Shown: piece after piece, positions 30,163-39,053 of the stretch
Layout of the letters: every line of letters starts with the position of its first letter
Position numbering within the stretch: position 1 is the stretch's first letter
Assembly (NCBI GenBank): GCA_963714245.1
Contig: CAVQNR010000004.1
Coordinates: 438,804 to 502,803 of the forward strand
Source of the DNA: an uncultured Solirubrobacteraceae bacterium
GTDB taxonomy: Bacteria; Actinomycetota; Thermoleophilia; Solirubrobacterales; Solirubrobacteraceae
DNA length: 64,000 bases
Direction of reading: 5' to 3'
Translations under genes and position numbers: made by a program
Notes under the pieces: generated by a model
Databases searched by the model: none
The model's input: only the letters and a program-made list of their open reading frames with translations
What the model was told of the DNA's origin: nothing

Positions 30163-31533
30163 ATGAGAGTTCGCTTTGCTCCTTCTCCGACCGGCGCGCT
30201 GCACGTCGGCGGCGCGCGCACCGCGCTGTACAACTGGCTGTTGGCGCACGCCCCCGGGGATCGGCCTGACGGCCGCGCCGGAACGCTCGTGCTGCGGATC
30301 GAAGATACCGACCGCGCCCGCTCGACGCCCGAGAACGTCGAGCAGATCTTCGACGCGCTGCGCTGGCTGAACCTCGATTGGGACGAGGGACCGGTGTTCC
30401 AGAGCGAGCGCGCCGACCGCCACGGGCAGGTGCTGGCGCAACTGCTGGACTCGGGCCATGCCTACCGCTCGACCGCGACCGGCGATGACGTCAAGGCGTT
30501 CAAAGAGCGAAACGGTGCCGACCGCGGCTACCGGGGCGAGCCGGAGTCCGATGGCGCCGTCCGCTTGCGCGTCCCCGACGAGGGGCACACGGTCGTTCAG
30601 GACGTGATCCACGGGGACACCGCGTTTCCCAACGCCAGCCTCGACGATCCGGTGATCGCCCGCGCCGACGGCTCGGTGCTCTACAACTTCGCGGTCGCGA
30701 TCGACGACCTCGACGCCGAGATCTCGCACGTGGTTCGCGGCGCCGACCATCTCTCCAACACGCCCAAGCAGTTGCTCGTGCTCGACGCGCTCGGGGCGCC
30801 GGCGCCGCTGTACGCACATCTACCGCTGCTGCATGGGCCGGACGGACGCAAGCTGTCAAAGCGCCACGGCGCCGCCTCGGTTCAGGAACTGCGAGACGCG
30901 GGCTACCTGCCCGAGGCGGTCGACAACTACATCGCGCTGCTCGGCGCCGGGTTCGCCGCCGACGAGGAGTTCTTCACGCTGCAGGAGTTGGCCGACCGGT
31001 TTCGGCTGCAGCGCGTCTCCAAGAGCCCCGCGGTATTCGATGAGCGCAAGCTGCGCAGTCTCGACGGCGACCATCTGCGGGCGCTGTCGATCGACGATCT
31101 GACCGAGCGGCTGGAGCGGTTCACCGGCCGCGGCGGATTGCGCGGTGCGGTCGAGATCTCGCGCGAGAAGATCCAGACGCTGGCCGACTTCTGGCCGCTG
31201 GTCTCGTTCCTGTTCGACGGACCGGTCGATGACCCGGCGGCGTTCGATCGCGTGATCGGCGCTGACGGCGCGGTGCAGACGATGATCGAGGCCCGCGACG
31301 CGCTGGCCGCGACCGAGCCATTCGACAGCGAAGCGATCGAGGCGTCGCTGCGCGGCGTCGTCGAGCACCGCGCGGTCAAGCCCGGCAAGGTGTTTCAGCC
31401 GATCCGCGTGGCGATCGCGGGGCAGCCCGTCTCGCCCGGGATCTTCGAGACGCTGGGGCTGCTCGGGCGCGAGCAGACGCTGGCGCGGCTCGACGCCGCG
31501 ATCGCGCGGGCCAACGGCGGCGCCGCGGCGTGA
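30163..31533 (+). CDS. gltX: Glutamate--tRNA ligase
   Basis: RFAPSPTG.LHVGGAR, LRIEDTD, RGADH, KLSKR, anticodon-binding domain (SPGIFE). Confidence 0.97.
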   Translation: MRVRFAPSPTGALHVGGARTALYNWLLAHAPGDRPDGRAGTLVLRIEDTDRARSTPENVEQIFDALRWLNLDWDEGPVFQSERADRHGQVLAQLLDSGHAYRSTATGDDVKAFKERNGADRGYRGEPESDGAVRLRVPDEGHTVVQDVIHGDTAFPNASLDDPVIARADGSVLYNFAVAIDDLDAEISHVVRGADHLSNTPKQLLVLDALGAPAPLYAHLPLLHGPDGRKLSKRHGAASVQELRDAGYLPEAVDNYIALLGAGFAADEEFFTLQELADRFRLQRVSKSPAVFDERKLRSLDGDHLRALSIDDLTERLERFTGRGGLRGAVEISREKIQTLADFWPLVSFLFDGPVDDPAAFDRVIGADGAVQTMIEARDALAATEPFDSEAIEASLRGVVEHRAVKPGKVFQPIRVAIAGQPVSPGIFETLGLLGREQTLARLDAAIARANGGAAA

Positions 31534-31562
31534 GCGATCGCCTGGGCGCGGGCGCCCAGCGC

Positions 31563-31590
31563 TAAACCGCGCGGGCGACTCTGCCGATAG
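31563..31590 (+). promoter_or_regulatory. Sigma-28 (FliA/SigD/WhiG-type) promoter
   Basis: TAAA-N16-GCCGATAG matches the TAAA-N15/16-GCCGATAA consensus. Confidence 0.7.
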
Positions 31591-31661
31591 AGAAGTATCG
31601 GCGCGGGTTGGGGTGAGACCGTGCGATCGACCACGAATTCCGGATCATGTGAGGTACAGGG

Positions 31662-32753
31662 TTGGTGACTGGTAGTGCGGCGGAGATGAGCAGCGGGTCG
31701 CTGGACTCGTACGGAACGCCGCCGACCCGACACAACGAGGGGCACGGCCGCCGTCTAACGACGGCGTTCGAGGCGCTCGAAAGCTACCCAGTCCTCGTCG
31801 AATCGCGTAATCGCGTGCTGCGGTTGTTCGAATCGGGGCGGCCGTCGCTGTCCTACGTCGTCGCCGCGGTCGAGGCCGACCTGGCCCTGACGGTCACCGT
31901 CGTGCGGCTCGCCAACCAGGTCGACGGGCCGATGCGCGGACGGGTCGAGAGCGTCGTCGCCGGCGTCGAGGCGCTGTCGATCGACACGGTGCTGGCGATC
32001 GCCAGCCGGGCGCGGACGTTTGACTTCTTCGAACGCACCGCCGTCTGGCAGGGGATCCCGGAGCGGCTGCGGTTGCACGCGATCGCGACGCAGCGCGCCG
32101 CCGACCGGCTCGCGCGCGAGATCGGCTACGACCACCGTGACCGGTTGATGGTGACCTCGCTGCTGCACGACATCGGCAAGCTCGTGCTCGTACATGCCTA
32201 CCCGGGCTACCCCGAGCAGGTTCACGGCGACGCCAAGACGCCAGAGGAACGGCTCCGGGCCGAGCGCCGCGAACTCGGGGTCGACCACTCCCTCGTCGGC
32301 GGCGTGCTCGCCCGCCGCTGGGCGCTGCCGCGTTCGATCGCGAGCGTGATCGAACGCCACCACTCAGAGGACGCGACCGACGAGGCCGCGATCGTCAGGC
32401 TCGCCGACATGCTCGCCCACTACGTGCTCGGCGGGACGATCTCCCCGTCGGAGATGCTGGCTGCCGCGCGTACGGTCGAGCTGAGCCCGGCCAGCCTGCG
32501 CACGGTCATGTACGAGCTGCCGCTGCCGTCGGTCGGTTCGCGCCCGCGCCAGGTCGAGCCGTGTCCGATGTCCAGCCGCGAGGTCGACGTGCTGCGTCGG
32601 CTCGCCAAGGGGATGGTCTACAAGCAGATCGCCTCCGAGCTGGGGCTGTCGACGAGCACGATCCGCACCCACCTGCACAACGTGTACGGCAAGCTCGGCG
32701 CGATGGATCGTGCGCAGGCGGTGCTGATCGCAACCGAACGCGGCTGGATCTGA
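31662..32753 (+). CDS. HDOD domain protein fused to a LuxR-type HTH (start may be ATG 31686)
   Basis: DLALTVTVVRLAN, LLHDIGKL, ERRELGVDH..LARRWALP..HH; C-terminal SSREVDVL..YKQIASELGLSTSTIRTH. Confidence 0.9.
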   Translation: MVTGSAAEMSSGSLDSYGTPPTRHNEGHGRRLTTAFEALESYPVLVESRNRVLRLFESGRPSLSYVVAAVEADLALTVTVVRLANQVDGPMRGRVESVVAGVEALSIDTVLAIASRARTFDFFERTAVWQGIPERLRLHAIATQRAADRLAREIGYDHRDRLMVTSLLHDIGKLVLVHAYPGYPEQVHGDAKTPEERLRAERRELGVDHSLVGGVLARRWALPRSIASVIERHHSEDATDEAAIVRLADMLAHYVLGGTISPSEMLAAARTVELSPASLRTVMYELPLPSVGSRPRQVEPCPMSSREVDVLRRLAKGMVYKQIASELGLSTSTIRTHLHNVYGKLGAMDRAQAVLIATERGWI

Positions 32754-32797
32754 GCACCCGCCGCACGGTGACAGCGGTGCCGTAGGATCGGCCGCCG

Positions 32798-33190
32798 ATG
32801 TTGTCGATCACGACCAAGTCCCCGTACGCGCTCAGCGCACTGGTCGAGTTGCATCGTCTGCAGGCAGCGGGGCCGGTGCCGATCGCCGAGCTCGCCCGGC
32901 GCCGCGAGATTCCGGTGCAGTTTCTCGAGCAGCTGTTCGCGACCCTGCGACGAGCCGGGATCCTGCGCTCGCAACGCGGTGTCAAGGGCGGCTACACGCT
33001 CGCGCGGCCGGCCGCCGAGGTGACCGTGCTCGAGCTCGTCGAGGTGCTCGACGGCCCGCTCGGAGCGGGGGCGACCGGCGTCTTCGCCGAGGCTGCGCAG
33101 GCGGCCGCCGCGGTGCTCGGTGAGGCGACCGTCGCGTCGGTCTCCGAGCAGGAGTTGCGCGCCGCCGGGGCGCCGATGTACTACATCTAG
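32798..33190 (+). CDS. Rrf2 family regulator, CymR-like
   Basis: ITTKSPYAL, FLEQLF, RSQRGVKGGY, LDGP; no Fe-S cysteines; ends MYYI; upstream of cysK-cysE. Confidence 0.88.
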   Translation: MLSITTKSPYALSALVELHRLQAAGPVPIAELARRREIPVQFLEQLFATLRRAGILRSQRGVKGGYTLARPAAEVTVLELVEVLDGPLGAGATGVFAEAAQAAAAVLGEATVASVSEQELRAAGAPMYYI

Positions 33191-33205
33191 CCTCGCGCGG
33201 TGGGA

Positions 33206-33276
33206 AGCGGGGCCGCATGCGGCCCCGCTCCGATCGGCGCATGCGCCGATCGGCGGGCGGTGCATGCACCGCCCGC
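33206..33276. repeat. Three abutting perfect 24-bp palindromes, each centred on GCATGC
   Basis: AGCGGGGCCGCATGCGGCCCCGCT (33206-33229), CCGATCGGCGCATGCGCCGATCGG (33230-33253), GCGGGCGGTGCATGCACCGCCCGC (33253-33276). Confidence 0.95.
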
Positions 33277-33281
33277 TCGGA

Positions 33282-33390
33282 CTTTGTGGATTGCGTACAG
33301 AGGGGGTGTAGCAGATCACAAGGTTCGGTGTCGGCGTGTGCGCGGCGGAACTTTGGCGAAAACGTGTGAATTATTCGCAGGTTCTCGCCA
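33282..33390. repeat. Two imperfect AT-richer inverted repeats
   Basis: CTTTGTGGATTGCGTACA..TGTAGCAGATCACAAGG (33282-33323) and TGGCGAAAACGTGTGAAT-T-ATTCGCAGGTTCTCGCCA (33354-33390). Confidence 0.75.
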
Positions 33391-33391
33391 T

Positions 33392-33475
33392 CGTTTCGCG
33401 CTCGGGCCGCTGCGGTTCGCGCTCCGGCGCCCGCGGTTCGCGTTCGGGCCGCCGCGGTTCGCGCTCGGGCCGCCG
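33392..33475 (+). repeat. 21-bp tandem repeat, 4 copies
   Basis: Consensus CGGTTCGCGCTCGGGCCGCCG at 33392, 33413, 33434, 33455. Confidence 0.9.
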
Positions 33476-33536
33476 CACGTGAACCATTCGTCCTGGGCCG
33501 AGACCGCCGCGGCGAACGAATCAGCCTGACAGCACG

Positions 33537-33809
33537 CTAGCTCAAGCTGCCGGCCCGTTCCGCGCGCTCGAAGCGGCCGATCCGGACCGTCATCACGACC
33601 AGGTTCCCGATGACGAGCACCAGGAACACCCCGAAGATGATCCACAGCCAGGCCGGAAAGTGCGCGACCAGCCCGACCACGATCAGCACGGCGAGCAGCG
33701 GGGTCTGTGCCAGCGAGAGCCGGCGAGTCCGGCGCAGCTGCGCTGAGCGGGTCGGCTTCGGCGGCGGTGCCCGGCGTTGGCGTCTCTGTGCGCGAGCTCG
33801 GCTTCCCAT
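33537..33809 (-). CDS. Small membrane protein (basic N-terminus, 2 TM)
   Basis: Two hydrophobic helices; CATACT upstream; divergent from cysK. Confidence 0.7.
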   Translation of the reverse strand: MGSRARAQRRQRRAPPPKPTRSAQLRRTRRLSLAQTPLLAVLIVVGLVAHFPAWLWIIFGVFLVLVIGNLVVMTVRIGRFERAERAGSLS

Positions 33810-33889
33810 CCCGGTCGGGAAGTATGCCGGGTCGGCGGTCCCCGACTAGCATCGCCGGTCATGCGCGCGGGCGAGGACGGGGTGTTTGG

Positions 33890-34819
33890 GTGACCACGCC
33901 GGTGCCGCGCAATATTGCCGCGCTCGTCGGCCGCACGCCGGTGATCGAGCTCTCAAAGCTGACCGAGGGCCGCAACGTCGAGCTGTTCGCCAAGCTCGAG
34001 GCGTTCAACCCCGGCGGCAGCGTCAAGGACCGGATCGGGGTCGCGATGATCGAGGCGGCCGAGCGCGAGGGGAGGATCGAGCCGGGTCGTACGACGATCG
34101 TCGAGGCGACCAGCGGCAACACCGGGATCGCGCTCGCGTTCGTGTGTGCGGCGAAGGGATACAACCTGACCCTGACGCTGCCCGAGGGGATGAGCCGCGA
34201 GCGCGAGGGGCTGCTGGCACTGTACGGCGCGACCGTGCGCGTGACCGAGTCGCTCGGCGGGATGAACGAGGCGGTCGACGCCGCCCGGCGGCTGGCCGAC
34301 GGCGCCGACACGTTCCTGCCCGACCAGTTCTCCAACCCCGCCAATCCCGAGATCCACCGGCTCACGACCGGCCCGGAGCTGCTGGCAGCGCTCGACGGCC
34401 GGATCGACGCGTTCGTGGCCGGTGTCGGCACCGGTGGCACGATCACCGGCGTCGGGCAGGCGCTCAAGCAGCGCAACCCCGACTGCCGGATCATCGCGGT
34501 CGAGCCGCGGACGTCCGCGGTGCTTTCCGGCGGCCCGCCCGGGCCGCACAAGATCCAGGGGATCGGCGCCGGCTTCGTCCCCGCGGTGCTCGACCGAGAC
34601 GTGCTCGACGAGGTGATCGCGGTCGACGACGAGGACGCGATCGAGACCGCGCGGCTGCTGGCCCGCCGCGAGGGAGTGCTCGCCGGGATCTCCTGCGGCG
34701 CCGCGGTGCATGCGGCGCTGCAGCTCGCGCGGCGAGCCGAGTTCCGCGGCGCACGGATCGCGACGATCCTGCCCGACTCGGGCGAGCGCTACGTCTCGAC
34801 CCCGTTTTTCGCTCCCTAG
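33890..34819 (+). CDS. cysK: Cysteine synthase A (O-acetylserine sulfhydrylase)
   Basis: NPGGSVKDR (PLP Lys), TSGNTG, QFSNPAN, GTGGT, HKIQGIG, DSGERY. Confidence 0.97.
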   Translation: MTTPVPRNIAALVGRTPVIELSKLTEGRNVELFAKLEAFNPGGSVKDRIGVAMIEAAEREGRIEPGRTTIVEATSGNTGIALAFVCAAKGYNLTLTLPEGMSREREGLLALYGATVRVTESLGGMNEAVDAARRLADGADTFLPDQFSNPANPEIHRLTTGPELLAALDGRIDAFVAGVGTGGTITGVGQALKQRNPDCRIIAVEPRTSAVLSGGPPGPHKIQGIGAGFVPAVLDRDVLDEVIAVDDEDAIETARLLARREGVLAGISCGAAVHAALQLARRAEFRGARIATILPDSGERYVSTPFFAP

Positions 34820-34830
34820 TGTTGTCGTCG

Positions 34831-35547
34831 ATGACCGCTGCGCTGAGGCGAATCGTCGCGGAGGTTCGCTCCGACATCGCGGCGATCAAGAGCCGCGACC
34901 CGGCCGCCCGCGACGTCGGTTCGCTCGAGATCCTCGCCGCCTGGCCTGGTCTGCACGCGCTGCTCGCACATCGGTTCGCGCACACGTTGTATCGGGCGCA
35001 GGTGCCGTTGGCGCCGCGGCTGGTCGCGGCGGTGGCACGGTCGGTGACAGGGATCGAGATCCACCCGGCGGCGACGATCGGGCACCGCTTCGTGATCGAC
35101 CACGGGATGGGTGTGGTGGTCGGGGAGACCGCCGAGATCGGTGACGACGTGACCCTCTATCAAGGGGTCACCCTCGGCGGCACCGGGTTTCAGACCGGTA
35201 AGCGCCACCCGACCGTTCAGGACAACGTGACGGTCGGCTCGGGGGCGAAGATGCTCGGTCCGATCACGATCGGCCACGGTGCCAAGATCGGCGCCAACAC
35301 GGTCGTGATCCACGACGTTCCGCCGAACACGACGGTGGTCGGCAACCCCGGTCATCCGGTGCGGGTCGAGGGACGGCGCCCGGAGGGTCCGGACGCCGAC
35401 TGGATCCATCTGCCGGATCCGGTCGCCGAGGCGATCCGGGGCCTATCGGCACGGATCGGGGCGATCGAGGCCGGCTCAGAGCAGCCGCCGGACGAGTCAG
35501 ACGGTCGTACGAACCCGACGGTCGGGCCTAATCCCGCCGGCGGCTGA
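34831..35547 (+). CDS. cysE: Serine O-acetyltransferase
   Basis: RDPAA, TGIEIHPAATIG, IDHGMGVVVGET, GVTLGGTG, KRHP, hexapeptide repeats. Confidence 0.96.
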   Translation: MTAALRRIVAEVRSDIAAIKSRDPAARDVGSLEILAAWPGLHALLAHRFAHTLYRAQVPLAPRLVAAVARSVTGIEIHPAATIGHRFVIDHGMGVVVGETAEIGDDVTLYQGVTLGGTGFQTGKRHPTVQDNVTVGSGAKMLGPITIGHGAKIGANTVVIHDVPPNTTVVGNPGHPVRVEGRRPEGPDADWIHLPDPVAEAIRGLSARIGAIEAGSEQPPDESDGRTNPTVGPNPAGG

Positions 35548-36562
35548 CGACCTCGTCGGCCGGCTCGCCGGCCGACGACTCGTGCTCGAGCAGCGGGGAG
35601 GGATCGACCAGGTTGCGCCGTGAGCGCACCAGATACAGCGGTCGGCGCTTGACCTCGTCGTAGATGCGGCCGACGTACTCGCCGATAATCCCGATCGCGA
35701 TCAGCTGGATCCCGCCGAGCAGCAGGACCACGATCGTGAGCGCGCCGAACCCCGGCAGGTAGGAGCCGAGCAGCCGCAGCACGACCACGACCGGGATCGC
35801 GATGAACGCGAGCGTCGAGATCAAGAAGCCGAGCAGCGTCGCCAGCTGCAGCGGTCGGTCAGAGAACGACAGGATCGCGTCGGCCGAGAAGCGCAGCATC
35901 TTGGTCAGTGTGTATTTCGTCTCACCGGCGTAGCGGGCATCGCGCTCGTAGGGGACCGCGGTCTGCGTGAAGCCGACCCAGACGGTCATCCCGCGCAGGA
36001 ACCGGTTGCGCTCGCGCATCGCCAGCAAGGCGTCGAGTGCGCGCCGGTCGAGCAGCCGGAAATCGCCGGAGTTGTGGTGCAGCTCGACCTGGGCGAGCTT
36101 GTCGAACAGGGTGTAGAACCAGCGTGCGGTCGTCAGCTTGAAGCGTGATTCGCCGGCTCGCTCGGCGCGAACCGCGTAGACGACGTCGCAGCCCGCGCGC
36201 CAGTGGTCGAGCATCGTCGTGATCAGCTCGGGTGGATCCTGCAGGTCGGCGTCGAGCATCACCACGGCATCGCCGGCGGCGTGGTCGAGGCCGGCCGTCA
36301 ACGCGGTCTGATGGCCGAAGTTGCGCGACAGCGAGATCACCTTGACGCGCGAGTCCGCATCCGCGATCCGGTCAAGCAGCAGCGGCGTCCCGTCGGTCGA
36401 TCCGTCGTCGACGAGCACGAGCTCGAACGGCAACCCGTCGAGCGCCTCGCAGACGCGCCGGTGAAACTCCTCGATCAGCTGGTCCTCGTTGAAGACGGGG
36501 GCGACGACGCTGACCAATTGCAACGCGCGGCTGTCGTCGGTGGTAGCGATCGCGGTGCTCAT
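35528..36562 (-). CDS. GT2 glycosyltransferase, GtrB/ArnC-like (polyprenol-phosphate glycosyltransferase)
   Basis: VVAPVFNE, DDGSTD, RNFGHQ, DADLQDPP, GDFRLLDR, two C-terminal TMs, GEYVGRIY. Confidence 0.93.
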   Translation of the reverse strand: MSTAIATTDDSRALQLVSVVAPVFNEDQLIEEFHRRVCEALDGLPFELVLVDDGSTDGTPLLLDRIADADSRVKVISLSRNFGHQTALTAGLDHAAGDAVVMLDADLQDPPELITTMLDHWRAGCDVVYAVRAERAGESRFKLTTARWFYTLFDKLAQVELHHNSGDFRLLDRRALDALLAMRERNRFLRGMTVWVGFTQTAVPYERDARYAGETKYTLTKMLRFSADAILSFSDRPLQLATLLGFLISTLAFIAIPVVVVLRLLGSYLPGFGALTIVVLLLGGIQLIAIGIIGEYVGRIYDEVKRRPLYLVRSRRNLVDPSPLLEHESSAGEPADEVVSRRRD

Positions 36563-36594
36563 CGGCTGGATGGTAGGGCTCGTGCCCGCCGTTA

Positions 36595-38076
36595 CTAGAA
36601 GATCGGTGCCCCGTGCGGCACGAAGCCGAGCAACTGCACGCCCAGCACGATCCCGGTCATCGCCACCGACACGTGCACGAGCCGGCGGTCACGGCCAAGC
36701 GCGGCGAGCGGCAGCATCCACGCCACGTACCACGGCAGCAACGAACTGGAGGAGACGAGCATCGCCAGCGTCGCCCAACCGGTGGCCGCGATCCAGTCCA
36801 TCCGTCCGAGCCACACGAGCCACAGCAGCCAGGCACAGACGCCCGCGAACGCGGCGACGAGCAGGAAGGTTGCGATGTGGCTGATCGTCGGCAGCCCGAG
36901 GCGGCTGGAGATGAAGCCGGGGATGCTGTTCCAGCTGCCCTCCTTCTGGCCCTGGCTCAACGTCCCGATGATGTGAAACCCGCCGGAGCCGAACACCGCG
37001 AAGCTCAGTGCCGCCACGACGACGGCCCCGGCGGCGATCCCGATCAGCAGCTCGCGGCGCCGACGCCGGCCGCGCTCGGCGCCGCCGGCGACGATCGCGA
37101 ACGGCAACAGCAGCCCACCGGTGAGCTTGACCCCGGCGGCGACGACTCCGAGGGCGCCGCCGAGACGATCACGCTTACAGACCAGCGCGTAGACCGAACC
37201 CGTCACCGCCAGCAGCATCAGCAGGTCATTGTGGCCGCCGCCGACGCCGTAGACGATCAGCAGGGGGTTGAGTCCGACCAGCGCGACCGCGCGTGTGGGG
37301 CTCGTCCGCAGCCGCTGCGCGCAACGCCAGACGAGCGCGACCAGGCCGAGCGCCGCCGCGCCGGCGATCGCCTTGTAGACGTAGACGCTGGTCGCGATCG
37401 ACAGTTTCGCGAAGGCGTAGCTGAACACGGTGAACAGCGGGCCGTACGCGCTGGGCGTCTGAAACCACTTCGATCCGATGTACGGGTACACCGGATCGAG
37501 ATTGATCGCGTAGGGGCCATGCAGGTACGGGTTGATCCCGTAGGTCGCACCCATCCGGGCGTACGCCTGGTAGCTGAACACGTCGGTCGAGACCAACGGC
37601 GGCCCGAGCAGCACGAGCACGTTGAGCGCGAGGATCGAGCCGAGCACGAGCCGCGGCGACAGCCGGTCCGAGACGCCGACCGCGATCGCGTAGGAGCCGA
37701 ACATGGCGATCAGGACCGCGATCGCGCCGACGACGTGCAGGTTGAGATCGATCCCGCCGAACAGGCCGGCGAGCGCCGCCGGCACCGGCCGGATCGTGAG
37801 CGGCAAGAACGATTGCGTGTTGGCGGCCGAGATCGTGACCAGCAGCCCGGTCGCCAGCAGCCCGGCGATCGCCAGCTTGCCGCGGCGCACGAGCCGCCGC
37901 TCTCGGTCGTCGTCATGGCTGGGAAGCGGATCTGACCCCGGGCGCCGCAGCGGCGGGGCGGGGTCGCGAACCGCCGGCGGCGGTTCGAGCACCGCCGCGT
38001 CGAGGTCGTCGAGCATCGCGACGGGCGGCAGGGTGCCGCCGTCTACAGCCGCGTCGACCGGACCGTTACCGGGCAT
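36595..38076 (-). CDS. GT-C polyprenol-phosphomannose-dependent mannosyltransferase, MptA/MptB-like (start uncertain: 38127, 38076 or 38016)
   Basis: Many TMs; STDVFSY, NPY, AYGPLF, NPL, GHNDLLM, VK, PWY motifs. Confidence 0.85.
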   Translation of the reverse strand: MPGNGPVDAAVDGGTLPPVAMLDDLDAAVLEPPPAVRDPAPPLRRPGSDPLPSHDDDRERRLVRRGKLAIAGLLATGLLVTISAANTQSFLPLTIRPVPAALAGLFGGIDLNLHVVGAIAVLIAMFGSYAIAVGVSDRLSPRLVLGSILALNVLVLLGPPLVSTDVFSYQAYARMGATYGINPYLHGPYAINLDPVYPYIGSKWFQTPSAYGPLFTVFSYAFAKLSIATSVYVYKAIAGAAALGLVALVWRCAQRLRTSPTRAVALVGLNPLLIVYGVGGGHNDLLMLLAVTGSVYALVCKRDRLGGALGVVAAGVKLTGGLLLPFAIVAGGAERGRRRRRELLIGIAAGAVVVAALSFAVFGSGGFHIIGTLSQGQKEGSWNSIPGFISSRLGLPTISHIATFLLVAAFAGVCAWLLWLVWLGRMDWIAATGWATLAMLVSSSSLLPWYVAWMLPLAALGRDRRLVHVSVAMTGIVLGVQLLGFVPHGAPIF

Positions 38077-38137
38077 CTGCTGACGGAGAATGCCCGGTCC
38101 GGCGGCGGCGAACCAGTCCCGGCGCATTCAGGTCAGG

Positions 38138-38911
38138 TTAGGAGGCGTGGCGGCGCTCGGGGGCACGGACGGCACCGGTCCCGATCGCGGCCGCGGCTTC
38201 TCGCTTGAGCCTGGGCACCCGCCAGACCGCCTCGAGCGCGATCCTGGTCGACATCTTCGACTTGCCGGCGACGCGGTCGGCGAACACAATCGGGATCTCG
38301 CGCACGCTGAATCCGGCCAATACGGCGCGGTAGGTGACTTCGATCTGGAACACGTAACCCTGCGCCCGGATGCTCGGCAGGTCGATCGCCTCGAGCACCT
38401 CGCGCCGGATGCACTTAAAGCCGCCGGTCAGGTCATGTACGCGCACGCCGAGGACCGCACGCGCGTACATGCCGCCGCCGCGGCTGACCAGCTTTCGTAG
38501 CGGGCTCCAGTCGCGTACCCCACCTCCCGCGACATAGCGCGACCCGAGCACGAGATCGGCGCCGGCCGACGCGGCCACCAACGCCGGCAGGTAGCGGGGG
38601 TCGTGGGAGAAGTCGGCGTCCATCTCGATCACGCGGGCGGCACCGGCGTCGAGGGCGTGCTGAAACCCGGCCAGGTAGGCGGCGCCGAGGCCGGCCTTGT
38701 GGGCGCGATGCAGCACCTGCACCCGGTCCGAGCGCGATGCGAGCGAGTCGGCGATCCTGCCGGTTCCGTCGGGCGAGTCGTCGTCGACGATCAGGATCCG
38801 GTAGCCGTCGGCGGCGACCCGGTCAAGCTCGGCGCTGCTGGCTGCGACGATCCGCTCCAGATTGACCGCTTCGTTGTAGGTGGGGATGATCACCCAGGTC
38901 GCCGCGTCCAT
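38138..38911 (-). CDS. Polyprenol monophosphomannose synthase (Ppm1-like)
   Basis: IIPTYNE, VDDDSPDGTG, GLGAAY, MDADFSHDP, GSRYV.GG, DLTGGF, GYVFQIE, GKSKMS. Confidence 0.92.
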   Translation of the reverse strand: MDAATWVIIPTYNEAVNLERIVAASSAELDRVAADGYRILIVDDDSPDGTGRIADSLASRSDRVQVLHRAHKAGLGAAYLAGFQHALDAGAARVIEMDADFSHDPRYLPALVAASAGADLVLGSRYVAGGGVRDWSPLRKLVSRGGGMYARAVLGVRVHDLTGGFKCIRREVLEAIDLPSIRAQGYVFQIEVTYRAVLAGFSVREIPIVFADRVAGKSKMSTRIALEAVWRVPRLKREAAAAIGTGAVRAPERRHAS

Positions 38912-39053
38912 CGTGCGCGCAATCTAGATGGTTGGTTGCGCGGCCGCGTGAGCCCCCGGGTCCGGCGGTCAACTCGCCGATCAACGGATCGATCCCAACT
39001 GATCTGCGGCTGGCGCGGCAGGCCCGCTCGGGCGCTGCGCGAAGATTGATTCG

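Noticed and set aside
33392-33475. Possible CRISPR array
   Set aside because: Units are directly tandem with no unique spacers, and no cas genes are in the window
33200-33529. ORF with RFALGPP heptad repeats (and antisense ORF 33316..33852)
   Set aside because: Periodicity is explained by the DNA minisatellite; no RBS or protein-like features; overlaps palindromic elements
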